DNA of 20,000 bases from an uncultured virus (IMG/VR IMGVR_UViG_3300027374_000252). Lineage: Duplodnaviria > Heunggongvirae > Uroviricota > Caudoviricetes. This document shows, one piece after another, positions 1 to 8,342 of this stretch; positions within the stretch are counted from its first letter, which is position 1; each line of letters begins with the position of its first letter. The notes beneath the pieces were generated by a model. The model saw only the letters and a program-made list of their open reading frames with translations, ran no database searches and had not been told where the DNA came from. The translations under genes and the position numbers were made by a program. Location of the stretch: IMG/VR virus record IMGVR_UViG_3300027374_000252, one strand, 5' to 3'.

Positions 1-179
1 GGACGGTCAATATCCGGAGAGAATGTAAAGATTTTGGATTTATAAACTCTGTCAAAATCCCAATACAAATCGCCACACCACTCTACATTATCCCCATGTG
101 CCTTATGCCATGCAGATATTTTCATAAGTGCGAAGTTGGGGAAGTTATGCCCGTCCACGTCAACAAGTCCGATGTTCAT
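1..179 (-). CDS. N-terminus of a conserved phage protein, often radical SAM-like (runs off the window)
   Basis: Manual translation MNIGLVDVDGHNFPNFALMKISAWHKAHGDNVEW...YKSKIFTFSPD resembles a widespread prophage family from memory; catalytic part not in window; not in the ORF track. Confidence 0.7.
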   Translation of the reverse strand, partial: MNIGLVDVDGHNFPNFALMKISAWHKAHGDNVEWCGDLYWDFDRVYKSKIFTFSPDIDR

Positions 180-293
180 TGTCGTTTCTTCTTTAATTCA
201 TAATTGAAGCACTGCATCACAGGCTTTACTATGCGCATACAGCATCTGTGATTCCACTGTGGAGGTCGGAGGGGTGATGGATTGTTTCGGTTA

Positions 294-512
294 TCATAAC
301 TTCTCAATTTCGTTTTCGTAATAGTCTATCGATTTGTCTATTGCTTCAATGAATATATGCTTTACCTCTGTGGGAATGGGGTGTCTATTTTCATCAACCA
401 TAAAAGACCAGCCTCTCATTTTATTATTCGAGACTGCATCTGCCCTCATACTCAATAGCCTATCCCTCTCGGTTATTAGAGCATAAGCCTTTTTTGCTGT
501 ATCAATTTCCAT
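294..512 (-). CDS. Hypothetical phage protein, 72 aa
   Basis: ORF in operon orientation, starting 1 bp after the upstream stop. Confidence 0.75.
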   Translation of the reverse strand: MEIDTAKKAYALITERDRLLSMRADAVSNNKMRGWSFMVDENRHPIPTEVKHIFIEAIDKSIDYYENEIEKL

Positions 513-513
513 A

Positions 514-1257
514 TTATGTTGTTATAAGTTCCAAGTTCTTGACTGTCCAATAGGCACAGTATTTTATATTCTTATCCGGTTTGAGTACCATTACCCGGAT
601 GAATGATGTTCCGACTGTTCTTGGGTCTTCCATTACTTGACCTATGTTGCCGGAGCGTTTATTGCGGACGGTATCACTAACTTTGAAGTTTTGCTTATCT
701 TCAAAAATAATCTGATAAACACCGTCCTTAGCTACCGTACAATCATCAACCCAAAGTTCCCATTCTCCTGTAAACCTCATCTTGAAACAGTCCTTTGCAA
801 GAGCGAGGATTTCTTCCTTTGTGTCGAAACTTGTAGTGAATACTCCAAGCTGATAACATACCCACCTGTCCGGGTCATGATTAATCTCCTCCTGCGTAAC
901 AGGTCTGCGCAGGTCAAATTCATATCTCCATTGGTAGAATGGATTTATCTTTTTAGCATCCCAGTTTGACGTTGTTGTTCGGGGATTGTCGAGACACTGA
1001 AATTCGATGCCATCAGCAACCAATTTGCCGTAGTAGTGTATTGCATCCCAATTTATACCACGAAATGAGGTTATCTCCAACTTGACACATCTTGTCTTGC
1101 TCTTTTTTTGATAGATGCAAGAGTTATGAGGAATTGCACGCGTTTCCTCATCTTTATAGTCCAATCCCGCCTTATCATCAATGACCAAAGGGAAATCAGA
1201 CTCATAGTTATTCATGTAGTCCCGGATGTTATCGGGAGTGATATTGTACTTTTTCAT
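514..1257 (-). CDS. Hypothetical phage protein, 247 aa, possible small SH3/KOW-like C-terminal domain
   Basis: Long ORF overlapping the MTase stop by 1 bp; C-terminal FKVSDTVRNKRSGNIGQV. Confidence 0.8.
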   Translation of the reverse strand: MKKYNITPDNIRDYMNNYESDFPLVIDDKAGLDYKDEETRAIPHNSCIYQKKSKTRCVKLEITSFRGINWDAIHYYGKLVADGIEFQCLDNPRTTTSNWDAKKINPFYQWRYEFDLRRPVTQEEINHDPDRWVCYQLGVFTTSFDTKEEILALAKDCFKMRFTGEWELWVDDCTVAKDGVYQIIFEDKQNFKVSDTVRNKRSGNIGQVMEDPRTVGTSFIRVMVLKPDKNIKYCAYWTVKNLELITT

Positions 1258-2882
1258 TATGCTACCTGTATAGAGTGATACTTTGTTGGGTCGAAGGAAC
1301 GGAGACCGGAGCAGAGAGCCTCACACCATTTCCGTGCGATTGTGACCTCTACGGCATTGCCGATGAATTTATTTTTCTCTGCCTGTGTGCCGATGAGAAT
1401 GTAATCTTCGGGGAAACCCATGATGAGTTTAAGCTCATCAATCATGAGCATACGCATAGAAATGTCGATGATAAAGTATATGCGCATAAACTCTTTTATC
1501 TTAACTGTCATTGGAGAGTCAGTATCGTATATGGCAATGTTGAGTGCGCCATGTTTCACGCTCACAAATGATGGCGGCCGCTTGTCCATTCTTGCAATTA
1601 ACGTGAAGCAGGGAGAATCAATTGACGAACCCGCAGAACTGAATTGAGGGTTGAGCAAAAAATGTGAGACAGATACAAGTTTTTGTTTGGGATTGGTAAG
1701 TACTGCAGGGCATATACCTTCGACACTTGATAATTGTCCGCCTCCCGAATATTCGTTAGCTATGAATGGAGTCACACCAACCAACGACAATTTGTCTTTG
1801 GTCGTAATCGTGGGTGCCGGACGGTCAAGACCAATATTATAGCCATTGCCATAATGTACCGACACGAACATGTGGTGGTCTCTCGCCGTCACTGTTCCGG
1901 CAGGTCCGTCAACGGACACGTTCTTACTGTATGGATGTCCACCGTATTGTTTTGAGAGAAAAGACACCTGCGCGAGTGCCAAGCGGTTCTGAGTAGCTAC
2001 CGTAGGGCATGGAGCATCGAGCGAGGGAGGACAATATTTCCCGGTCTTCTGATTGACTGAGTTGTATTTCACCATGAAAGCGTCTTTCCCACCTGCAACG
2101 AACTTGATTAGTCCGGCGTAGATGCGCTCAAGGGTCTTTTCAGACAATGGTTTCTCACGATCAAAAATACTTCTGCCCTCGTTGGAAAAATCAAGAACTT
2201 CACGGACAGGCTTCCACGGTTGCAATTCTGAGAACAGGTTCTTACTTCCGTTCTTGCAGTGTGTAGGCTCCGGAAACACAATGGGCAATCCCTTTCGGGC
2301 GAAGATACCAAAGAAGCGTTTGCGTGAAGTGTATGCACCATAATCGGCGGCATTGAGGATACGGTGTTCAAAGTTGTAGCCGTAGCGGCGGACATTGCGC
2401 ACCCATCGGAGATAACTCTTGCCCTTATCCATAGAGATAGGCTTACCGTTTTCATCCACCTCTCCCCATGACATAAACTCCTCCACATTCTCAATCTGAA
2501 TGTAGTCCGGGTTGATGGCTTCAATGTAACGGAACAGGTGTTCAGCGAGTGTCCGACTGTCTGCATCACGAGGCTGACCACCTTTTGCCCGGCTGAAATT
2601 GGTACATTCAAGGGAAGCCCAGAGGACGGTCAATGCGTCGAGATTAGCAGCTCTACATTGCCTTAGATGGGTGACAAGCGGAGACAGGTCAAGTGTGCGG
2701 ATGTCCTCGGTGAAGTGCAATGCTTCCGGATGATTGGAAGCGTGAGAGGCTATCGCATTAGCATCGTGATTGACACAGGCAACAACTTTCGCACATTCCT
2801 CTCCGTCGAGACGAGCGGTGTTGATACCGGTGGAGGTGCCTCCTGCACCACAAAAGAGGTCGATGTAAAGTAAGTTAATCAT
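1257..2882 (-). CDS. DNA (cytosine-5)-methyltransferase, orphan phage type
   Basis: Motif I DLFCGAGG, motif IV variant ASLECTNFS, motif VI IENV, motif VIII TSRKRFF, motif X IGNAV; start reassigned to MINLLYID at 2882. Confidence 0.93.
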   Translation of the reverse strand: MINLLYIDLFCGAGGTSTGINTARLDGEECAKVVACVNHDANAIASHASNHPEALHFTEDIRTLDLSPLVTHLRQCRAANLDALTVLWASLECTNFSRAKGGQPRDADSRTLAEHLFRYIEAINPDYIQIENVEEFMSWGEVDENGKPISMDKGKSYLRWVRNVRRYGYNFEHRILNAADYGAYTSRKRFFGIFARKGLPIVFPEPTHCKNGSKNLFSELQPWKPVREVLDFSNEGRSIFDREKPLSEKTLERIYAGLIKFVAGGKDAFMVKYNSVNQKTGKYCPPSLDAPCPTVATQNRLALAQVSFLSKQYGGHPYSKNVSVDGPAGTVTARDHHMFVSVHYGNGYNIGLDRPAPTITTKDKLSLVGVTPFIANEYSGGGQLSSVEGICPAVLTNPKQKLVSVSHFLLNPQFSSAGSSIDSPCFTLIARMDKRPPSFVSVKHGALNIAIYDTDSPMTVKIKEFMRIYFIIDISMRMLMIDELKLIMGFPEDYILIGTQAEKNKFIGNAVEVTIARKWCEALCSGLRSFDPTKYHSIQVA

Positions 2883-3072
2883 TGATTTTTTTTGGGGCGA
2901 TTGGAACTTCGGCGATTTTGATGTTGGAGACGCTGAGATTGTCGGCGGTGGGGTCGATGCCAGATGCAAGCTGATTGGCGAGCAGGTCTTTTACTCTTTC
3001 GGGGTTGGAACGATAGTAGCGTTCGCTGCGTCCGGAGATGTTTATGGTGAAGCTACATGTGAGGGAAATCAT
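2875..3072 (-). CDS. Hypothetical phage protein, 65 aa
   Basis: Fills the gap between the initiator and MTase, overlapping the MTase start; AT-rich leader. Confidence 0.6.
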   Translation of the reverse strand: MISLTCSFTINISGRSERYYRSNPERVKDLLANQLASGIDPTADNLSVSNIKIAEVPIAPKKIND

Positions 3073-3103
3073 ATGTCATTATTTGGTTAAGTAACTGTTC
3101 TAC

Positions 3104-4033
3104 TTATTTGGGTATTTTGGCGAAGTCGGCGGCAGAGTCGGCGGCAGCTACTTTTGAGAGGTCGGTTGCGGCGGGGTCAAGTCCTCGAGAGGCGAGGTAG
3201 TCGCGTAGTTCGGCGGCGGAGTCGACGGCCGGCCGGTACTTTTTTTCTTTTTTAGGTGAGGCAGGATTGGTCTTTTGGGGTGGAGGCGTGGACTTTTTTG
3301 AGTCGAGTTGTTTCTGGAGCCAATAGCAGAAATGGCTTCGGGCATCTTGCATTGAGGTATGCAGTTTGTCGCATTTCAGGGCGAAGTCGGCGAGATAAGC
3401 GTCGACTTGCTCGTTGGATAGATGATAGCGTATGCAGACGCTTTCTTTCCATTGTGCGCTCTTTTTCATTTCGGCAATTTCATCATTAATTGACAATGAA
3501 TATTTCTGAGCGGTGGTGGGCGCGGGTGGTGGCGGGACAGGTGTTTCTACGTGGCGGGGAGGTGTGGCTTTGCTCTGTCGTTGTTTGGGGGTATCGGGCT
3601 GTTGGTGGATGTTTGTCTGTTTTTCTTGCAGTGGCAGGACGGTTGCGGTGTTGTCGATGAGATTGTATTCATCAATGAGGCAGTTTCTCCGGGAGGAGCA
3701 GCAGATGGCGCGGTAGCGTTCTTGAATGCCTTTGGAAGTAAGAACCTTATCGGACTCAAATAATTGTTTAGACAGCAGACCAATGTTCATGCAGCAATCG
3801 ATGACCTCCTGTATATATGCCTCGGTATATCCTGACTGTTCGGAGATTATAAAGGGCAACTCTTTATCCCACTTGGCGTAATACCCGTTTTTGTAGATAG
3901 TACACAGCAGGAGAGCATATACAGTGACGGCCTTGCCACCTTGATACTTGATGAGTTTTCTAATTCTAATGTCTTGAAAGAAATCCACGTCGAACGGGAA
4001 ATAGTCAAGACCTCTTTTTATTGTCCGAGCCAT
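3104..4033 (-). CDS. DUF4373 (Lin1244/Lin1753-like) domain protein, putative replication initiator
   Basis: MARTIKRGLDYFPFDVDFFQDIRIRKL...VLTSKGIQERY pattern, Pro-rich linker, helical C-terminal domain; start reassigned to 4033. Confidence 0.85.
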   Translation of the reverse strand: MARTIKRGLDYFPFDVDFFQDIRIRKLIKYQGGKAVTVYALLLCTIYKNGYYAKWDKELPFIISEQSGYTEAYIQEVIDCCMNIGLLSKQLFESDKVLTSKGIQERYRAICCSSRRNCLIDEYNLIDNTATVLPLQEKQTNIHQQPDTPKQRQSKATPPRHVETPVPPPPAPTTAQKYSLSINDEIAEMKKSAQWKESVCIRYHLSNEQVDAYLADFALKCDKLHTSMQDARSHFCYWLQKQLDSKKSTPPPQKTNPASPKKEKKYRPAVDSAAELRDYLASRGLDPAATDLSKVAAADSAADFAKIPK

Positions 4034-4038
4034 AGCGG

Positions 4039-4434
4039 TTATGTTTCTTTGATTCTTATTCCGTGGACTGACAGCATGAGCTTGCGTTTTATCTTGTACT
4101 CCGGAGTCTTGAAGCCTTTTGTATCCTCGACGATCAATTGTCCGGATTGGTCGCGATAGACGAAGTCGGCGATGTAGCGGCATGCGTATTCCAGGAGTTT
4201 TCCGGCGCTGTCGCGCTGTGGGGGGATTAGCTCGAAGGAGACTTGTTCCTGCAATGCGGATATGAGGCCGGCGCGTTGCAGCAGCTTGAGTTGGTTGGCG
4301 CGGTTATGTTCCTTCTTTGAGGCATGGCCGCCCACTTTTTTAGCGTGATACTTGCTTGTGCCGGAACCGTATGAACGGCTCGTAATCTCACGGGAGTGCT
4401 TGCGCAGCTCCTCAATCGTCATTCGCTCTGTCAT
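4039..4434 (-). CDS. DUF1064-family PD-(D/E)XK endonuclease
   Basis: SKYHAKK...SKKE...QVSFELIP...YIADFVY...VEDTKGFKTPEYKIKRKLM. Confidence 0.88.
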   Translation of the reverse strand: MTERMTIEELRKHSREITSRSYGSGTSKYHAKKVGGHASKKEHNRANQLKLLQRAGLISALQEQVSFELIPPQRDSAGKLLEYACRYIADFVYRDQSGQLIVEDTKGFKTPEYKIKRKLMLSVHGIRIKET

Positions 4435-5338
4435 TGTAAACCTCCGAGAAACTGACCGGGATAAAACACCCGATTGGGATTATCTTAGACTCCTCAATGA
4501 AGGAGTTGATCTGATACTTGACGAACGTGCGTTCCGGGTGCTTCAAAGACTCTCTGAAACGTTCCTCCTGTTTGTCACGAAGCCATTTCTCGATAAGCAT
4601 ATTGGCACGGACTGCCGATATTGTCTGCACTATGAAGGTATGGTCTTCTTCAATATCCCCCTCCTTATCGTCATGGAGGACAACGTGCGCACCTATCTGA
4701 TAGAATTTCTTGGTCTCCTTCTTATCATCGGATTTTCCCTCTGCATCGGGATTCCCTTTGCTGATATTGTCACAAGTAGCCTCAACAAAGTCCTCCATCG
4801 ACATTTCACCTTTCAGATACGCAGCATCAAGTTCATACCTGCGAGCTTCAGCCGATTTGAGACGGTCAATGATTACCACACAATATTCCATCTCCTTAAT
4901 GTCGGTAATCTCAAAACCACCTTTGTAGTACAGCTCGATATAGTCCACCAAAATGACTAAAGCGTTGGCAACGGAATTGGCATAAAGCAGGAATGATTTA
5001 CGCTTGCCGTCAATCTTGGCAACCGCCTTGTAGGGAAAGAAAGAGCGGTTTTCAAGCAGCATTCCCTGTCGGTTCTGATTGGACACCTCTACTTCCTTCA
5101 AAGAGCCTTCCGACATCATGAATTTTATTGAACAGAGAACGTCTTGACTGATATATGTGCCACGTTCAAGAAGGATTTCATTACGTTCTATGGACTCTAC
5201 TTTGCCCGTATCCTCGTCCACGAAGTCCTCAGTCCATGTTCTTAATGCACGGCGGGCAACCCATTTGCCGAGCATTTTTTTCGGGTCACTCGTCACATAG
5301 CGGATTTCCGTTTTGCGGGATTCAACAGTAATATTCAT
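4412..5338 (-). CDS. Phage protein, 308 aa, with N-terminal RpoB-like segment and DUF4494-like C-terminal region
   Basis: ARRALRTWTEDFVDEDTGKVESIERNEI resembles Bacteroidetes RpoB as recalled; two later beta-beta-alpha units resemble DUF4494. Confidence 0.7.
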   Translation of the reverse strand: MNITVESRKTEIRYVTSDPKKMLGKWVARRALRTWTEDFVDEDTGKVESIERNEILLERGTYISQDVLCSIKFMMSEGSLKEVEVSNQNRQGMLLENRSFFPYKAVAKIDGKRKSFLLYANSVANALVILVDYIELYYKGGFEITDIKEMEYCVVIIDRLKSAEARRYELDAAYLKGEMSMEDFVEATCDNISKGNPDAEGKSDDKKETKKFYQIGAHVVLHDDKEGDIEEDHTFIVQTISAVRANMLIEKWLRDKQEERFRESLKHPERTFVKYQINSFIEESKIIPIGCFIPVSFSEVYNDRANDD

Positions 5339-5502
5339 TTTTGCTGATTTAATTTTAGTTTGAGTTTATTTGTTAATTGTTTAATCATGTGAGAACGGCT
5401 GTTGCACTTCTGCATTGGCAGAGTGGCGAGTGCGTCATATAGTTTGGCAGCATCATCGAGATATGCGATGATTTTCTGCACGTCAGTTTTAGCCACCTCC
5501 AT
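5335..5502 (-). CDS. Small hypothetical protein, 55 aa (MEVAKTDVQKIIAYLDDAAKLY...KLNQQK)
   Basis: Manual translation; overlaps the helicase end and couples by ATGA to the next gene; below the ORF-track cutoff. Confidence 0.7.
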   Translation of the reverse strand: MEVAKTDVQKIIAYLDDAAKLYDALATLPMQKCNSRSHMIKQLTNKLKLKLNQQK

Positions 5503-6949
5503 CTTCCGAACCTCCCATAAACATTGTTACCAATTCGTTGAAGTACATTTCATCCTGCGGAATATCGTCACTTGCCGCCATGATTTGATTGGCGATTGAC
5601 TTCTTCTTGTGGATGATGGAATATAGAACATGGTCAATGGTATTGCGACCAAGCAGATAATAGCACGTCACATTATCTTTCTGCCCTATGCGGTGTGCCC
5701 TGTCCTCGCACTGGCAGCAGTCGGCATACGTCCATGGAAATTCCACAAACGCAACATTGGACGATGCCGTGAGGGTAAGACCGACACCTGCCGCCTTGAT
5801 GGAGCAGACTATGAGTTGTGCATGACCATTCTGAAAAGAGTCCACAGCCGCCTGTTTCTCCACAAGGGAATCACGTCCGGTCACGCTTACAGCCTTGGGG
5901 AATGCTTTTTTCAGAGCATCCACAATCTCATGATAGGAGCAGAACAGTATGAGGGGTTTGCCATTGGCGAGAAAGGTATTGACAAAATCGACAGCCTGCC
6001 GAACCTTGCCCTTTGCTGACAATGACCGGAGTGTCATGAATTTGACGAGAGCCTCCATGCGCATCTTGCGGCGAATTTCCACATCGGTGCATCCGGTGTA
6101 CTTCTCAAGATATTCACGGAGGTCAGCGGCGGCAGTGTCATATACCGTGCGGCTTTCGGGGTCAAGTTCGACATATAGGTCTGTGCGTGTCTTTTCGGGA
6201 AGTTCCGTAAGTACAGACTTCTTTTCACGGCGGATCATGCAATTATCGTAGAGCTTGGCTGACAAGTCGGCAAGTGCTTCGGCTTGTTCTTCCTCCTGGT
6301 CTTTGCCAAATGAGCAATAATCAGAGAGGAACTTGCCACGTCCTCCGAAGTCATCGGCAAGACGTTCCATAATGGAGAGCTGCGCCACCAAATCTTCAGG
6401 ACGATTAACGACAGGGGTGCCGGACAGCAGGGCTATATACCGTTTGCCGGAGCATATACCCTTTGTGAAAATCGTCTGTTGTGCGCCGGGGTCTTTGACC
6501 CGGTGTGACTCGTCTATGATTACAGATTTGAATAACTTGATGCAGGACGAAAATACCACGTCTTTTAACCGGAACGAGCCATTGGTTTTAATGTCCCATA
6601 CAAAGTATTTACGAAGCGACTCAAAATTGACAATGGCAACTTGGTACATTCCCATGCTCAACAGATACGGGAATGTGGAACGGGTTGCGTTGTCAAGTAC
6701 AAGAGCCTTAACATCAGCAAACTTTTCAAACTCTCTCTGCCAATTTATCTTTAGCGAAGAAGGGCAGATAACAAGGCATGGGTAGGCACGGGCGCAATCG
6801 ACAACACCGATACTCTGCAATGTTTTACCCAATCCCGGCTCATCACCTATGAGGAAGCGTTTCTTCCGAAGACCGAAAAGAATACCCTCCTGCTGGTACT
6901 CGTATGGAGTGACTTTCAGATTATGTTTCAATGCTTCCATAGGTCTCAT
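5489..6949 (-). CDS. SNF2-family (SF2) helicase/ATPase
   Basis: Q motif PYEYQ, Walker A DEPGLGKT, DESH, LSGTP, motif V AAGVGLTL, motif VI QCEDRAHRIGQ. Confidence 0.95.
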   Translation of the reverse strand: MRPMEALKHNLKVTPYEYQQEGILFGLRKKRFLIGDEPGLGKTLQSIGVVDCARAYPCLVICPSSLKINWQREFEKFADVKALVLDNATRSTFPYLLSMGMYQVAIVNFESLRKYFVWDIKTNGSFRLKDVVFSSCIKLFKSVIIDESHRVKDPGAQQTIFTKGICSGKRYIALLSGTPVVNRPEDLVAQLSIMERLADDFGGRGKFLSDYCSFGKDQEEEQAEALADLSAKLYDNCMIRREKKSVLTELPEKTRTDLYVELDPESRTVYDTAAADLREYLEKYTGCTDVEIRRKMRMEALVKFMTLRSLSAKGKVRQAVDFVNTFLANGKPLILFCSYHEIVDALKKAFPKAVSVTGRDSLVEKQAAVDSFQNGHAQLIVCSIKAAGVGLTLTASSNVAFVEFPWTYADCCQCEDRAHRIGQKDNVTCYYLLGRNTIDHVLYSIIHKKKSIANQIMAASDDIPQDEMYFNELVTMFMGGSEDGGG

Positions 6950-7833
6950 ACAAGATTAACTTGAGGTTGATTTGCGGCTGCGCTCGGCAAAGCCGGAGCA
7001 AGCTCCACTTTGCTCTTGCTGGCACACAAATTAACTTGAGGTTGATTTGCGGCTGCGCTCGGCAAAGCCGGAGCAAGCTCCACTTTGCTCTCGCTGGCAC
7101 ACAAATTAACTTGAGGTTGATTTGCGGCTGCGCTCGGCAAAGCCGGAGCAAGCTCCACTTTGCTCTCGCTGGCACACAAATTCAGGCACCAATACTGAAA
7201 GGCCAACTCTTCATACTTTTCACGCCCGGCATTATAGATGGCATCGCCACGAGTGATTTGCTTCTTGAATACCATACTGTTCTTTTTGCTGATGGCATAT
7301 ATAAAGTCCCGGTCAGAATGAGCAATATCCATATACCACGCACGTGAGCGGTCCCAATCGAAGAAGTCAATCATCTGCTCAAATTCCTTTTGTGAAGTGG
7401 CGGCAGTAGTTTTAAGGTCTCCACCAAAAAGCGCAGCCTCAAGCCACCAATCCCACTTGCAGCGAGTGGCAAGCGTAAAAGGAAATCCGCAATATTCAAA
7501 TTGCTGTGACTGATTGACCATGAACTTCTGTGTTGTAGCATTTTCCAACACGAAAGCGAGAAACCTGTCACTCCGTGCCTCCATGCGCAGAGATTTATAC
7601 ATTTCCTGTGCATGGCGAAACTCGTCCTCCGTGTACTGCGTATCATCAACTGTGAAGCGATAATAATTGACTCTCGCAGGTTCGGTAATTATGGCATCGA
7701 CCAAATTCCCGAAACGGAAAGCCTCCTCCCGGTTGCCGAATTGCAACCGGGGGTGAAGCAGCTCTTTGAGGGCAGTGAGGTCTGAGTTAGAGACCTCACT
7801 ACGCAGATAATATGTATCGGGATTGTTACTCAT
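6946..7833 (-). CDS. PD-(D/E)XK nuclease-like protein (RecE/DUF3799-like, probable RecT partner) with repeat-derived C-terminal extension
   Basis: VSNSDL, AFRFGNLVDA, RCKWD, GGDLKTT, AWY motifs; lies two genes downstream of recT. Confidence 0.78.
   Translation of the reverse strand: MSNNPDTYYLRSEVSNSDLTALKELLHPRLQFGNREEAFRFGNLVDAIITEPARVNYYRFTVDDTQYTEDEFRHAQEMYKSLRMEARSDRFLAFVLENATTQKFMVNQSQQFEYCGFPFTLATRCKWDWWLEAALFGGDLKTTAATSQKEFEQMIDFFDWDRSRAWYMDIAHSDRDFIYAISKKNSMVFKKQITRGDAIYNAGREKYEELAFQYWCLNLCASESKVELAPALPSAAANQPQVNLCASESKVELAPALPSAAANQPQVNLCASKSKVELAPALPSAAANQPQVNLV
6956..7180. repeat. Three tandem copies of a 75-bp palindromic unit
   Basis: Copies at 6956-7030, 7031-7105 and 7106-7180, identical except T at 7017 versus C at 7092 and 7167; no spacers. 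Confidence 0.97.
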
Positions 7834-8342
7834 ACCTTACAGATTTCTTTGAATTGAAATGTAACTTGATTAAACGTTTCGCTAATTACAGAGAATACAT
7901 AAATCTTATTATCCCAATCTGAGCAAACCTCTATATGATAGTCTTCGCTCACTAAATGAGGGTTTCCCTTTCTTCGCTCAATTACAGCTTCTTCAAGTGT
8001 CTGATATATTTTCTCTTCACTTGTGAATGTTGATGGATAGCGAATCTTGTAGTCCTCAATAAAGGGTTTCACATCGGTAAAGTTTTGTATTATGACCTCA
8101 ACCCTTCCGGATATTTTCATAATCTCCTTATCTATCCTACCAATGTACTTATTGAGCAAAGGAAGCAGGTCAGTCGGATCGATTGGAATGTTTATGTATT
8201 TTTTCTTACCCCAACCGTCAACGCAAGAATAAAACAGGGAGGCATCTTTGGTATAAATATTTATTGCCATAGCCGCCTCCTGTAATCTTGCGCGACCGTT
8301 GAAACAATCCTGTAATTCCGTTATTAATGCAGGGGTTAACAT
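7830..8342 (-). CDS. Hypothetical protein, 170 aa, AT-rich
   Basis: Overlaps both neighbouring genes by 1-4 bp. Confidence 0.78.
   Translation of the reverse strand: MLTPALITELQDCFNGRARLQEAAMAINIYTKDASLFYSCVDGWGKKKYINIPIDPTDLLPLLNKYIGRIDKEIMKISGRVEVIIQNFTDVKPFIEDYKIRYPSTFTSEEKIYQTLEEAVIERRKGNPHLVSEDYHIEVCSDWDNKIYVFSVISETFNQVTFQFKEICKV

Noticed and set aside
3480..3720. Replication origin iterons within the DUF4373 gene linker
   Set aside because: Expected by analogy with other phage initiators, but I found no convincing direct repeats
4352..4960. Long plus-strand shadow ORFs opposite the phage and fimbrillin genes (also 16511-17254)
   Set aside because: Antisense to well-supported genes and lacking recognisable motifs
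6956..7180. CRISPR or TIGR-like array
   Set aside because: Units are contiguous and nearly identical with no variable spacers, and no cas genes are present
6921..7347. Alternative ORFs across the 75-bp repeat (84 aa minus, 128 aa plus)
   Set aside because: Artefacts of a stop-free repeat whose length is a multiple of three
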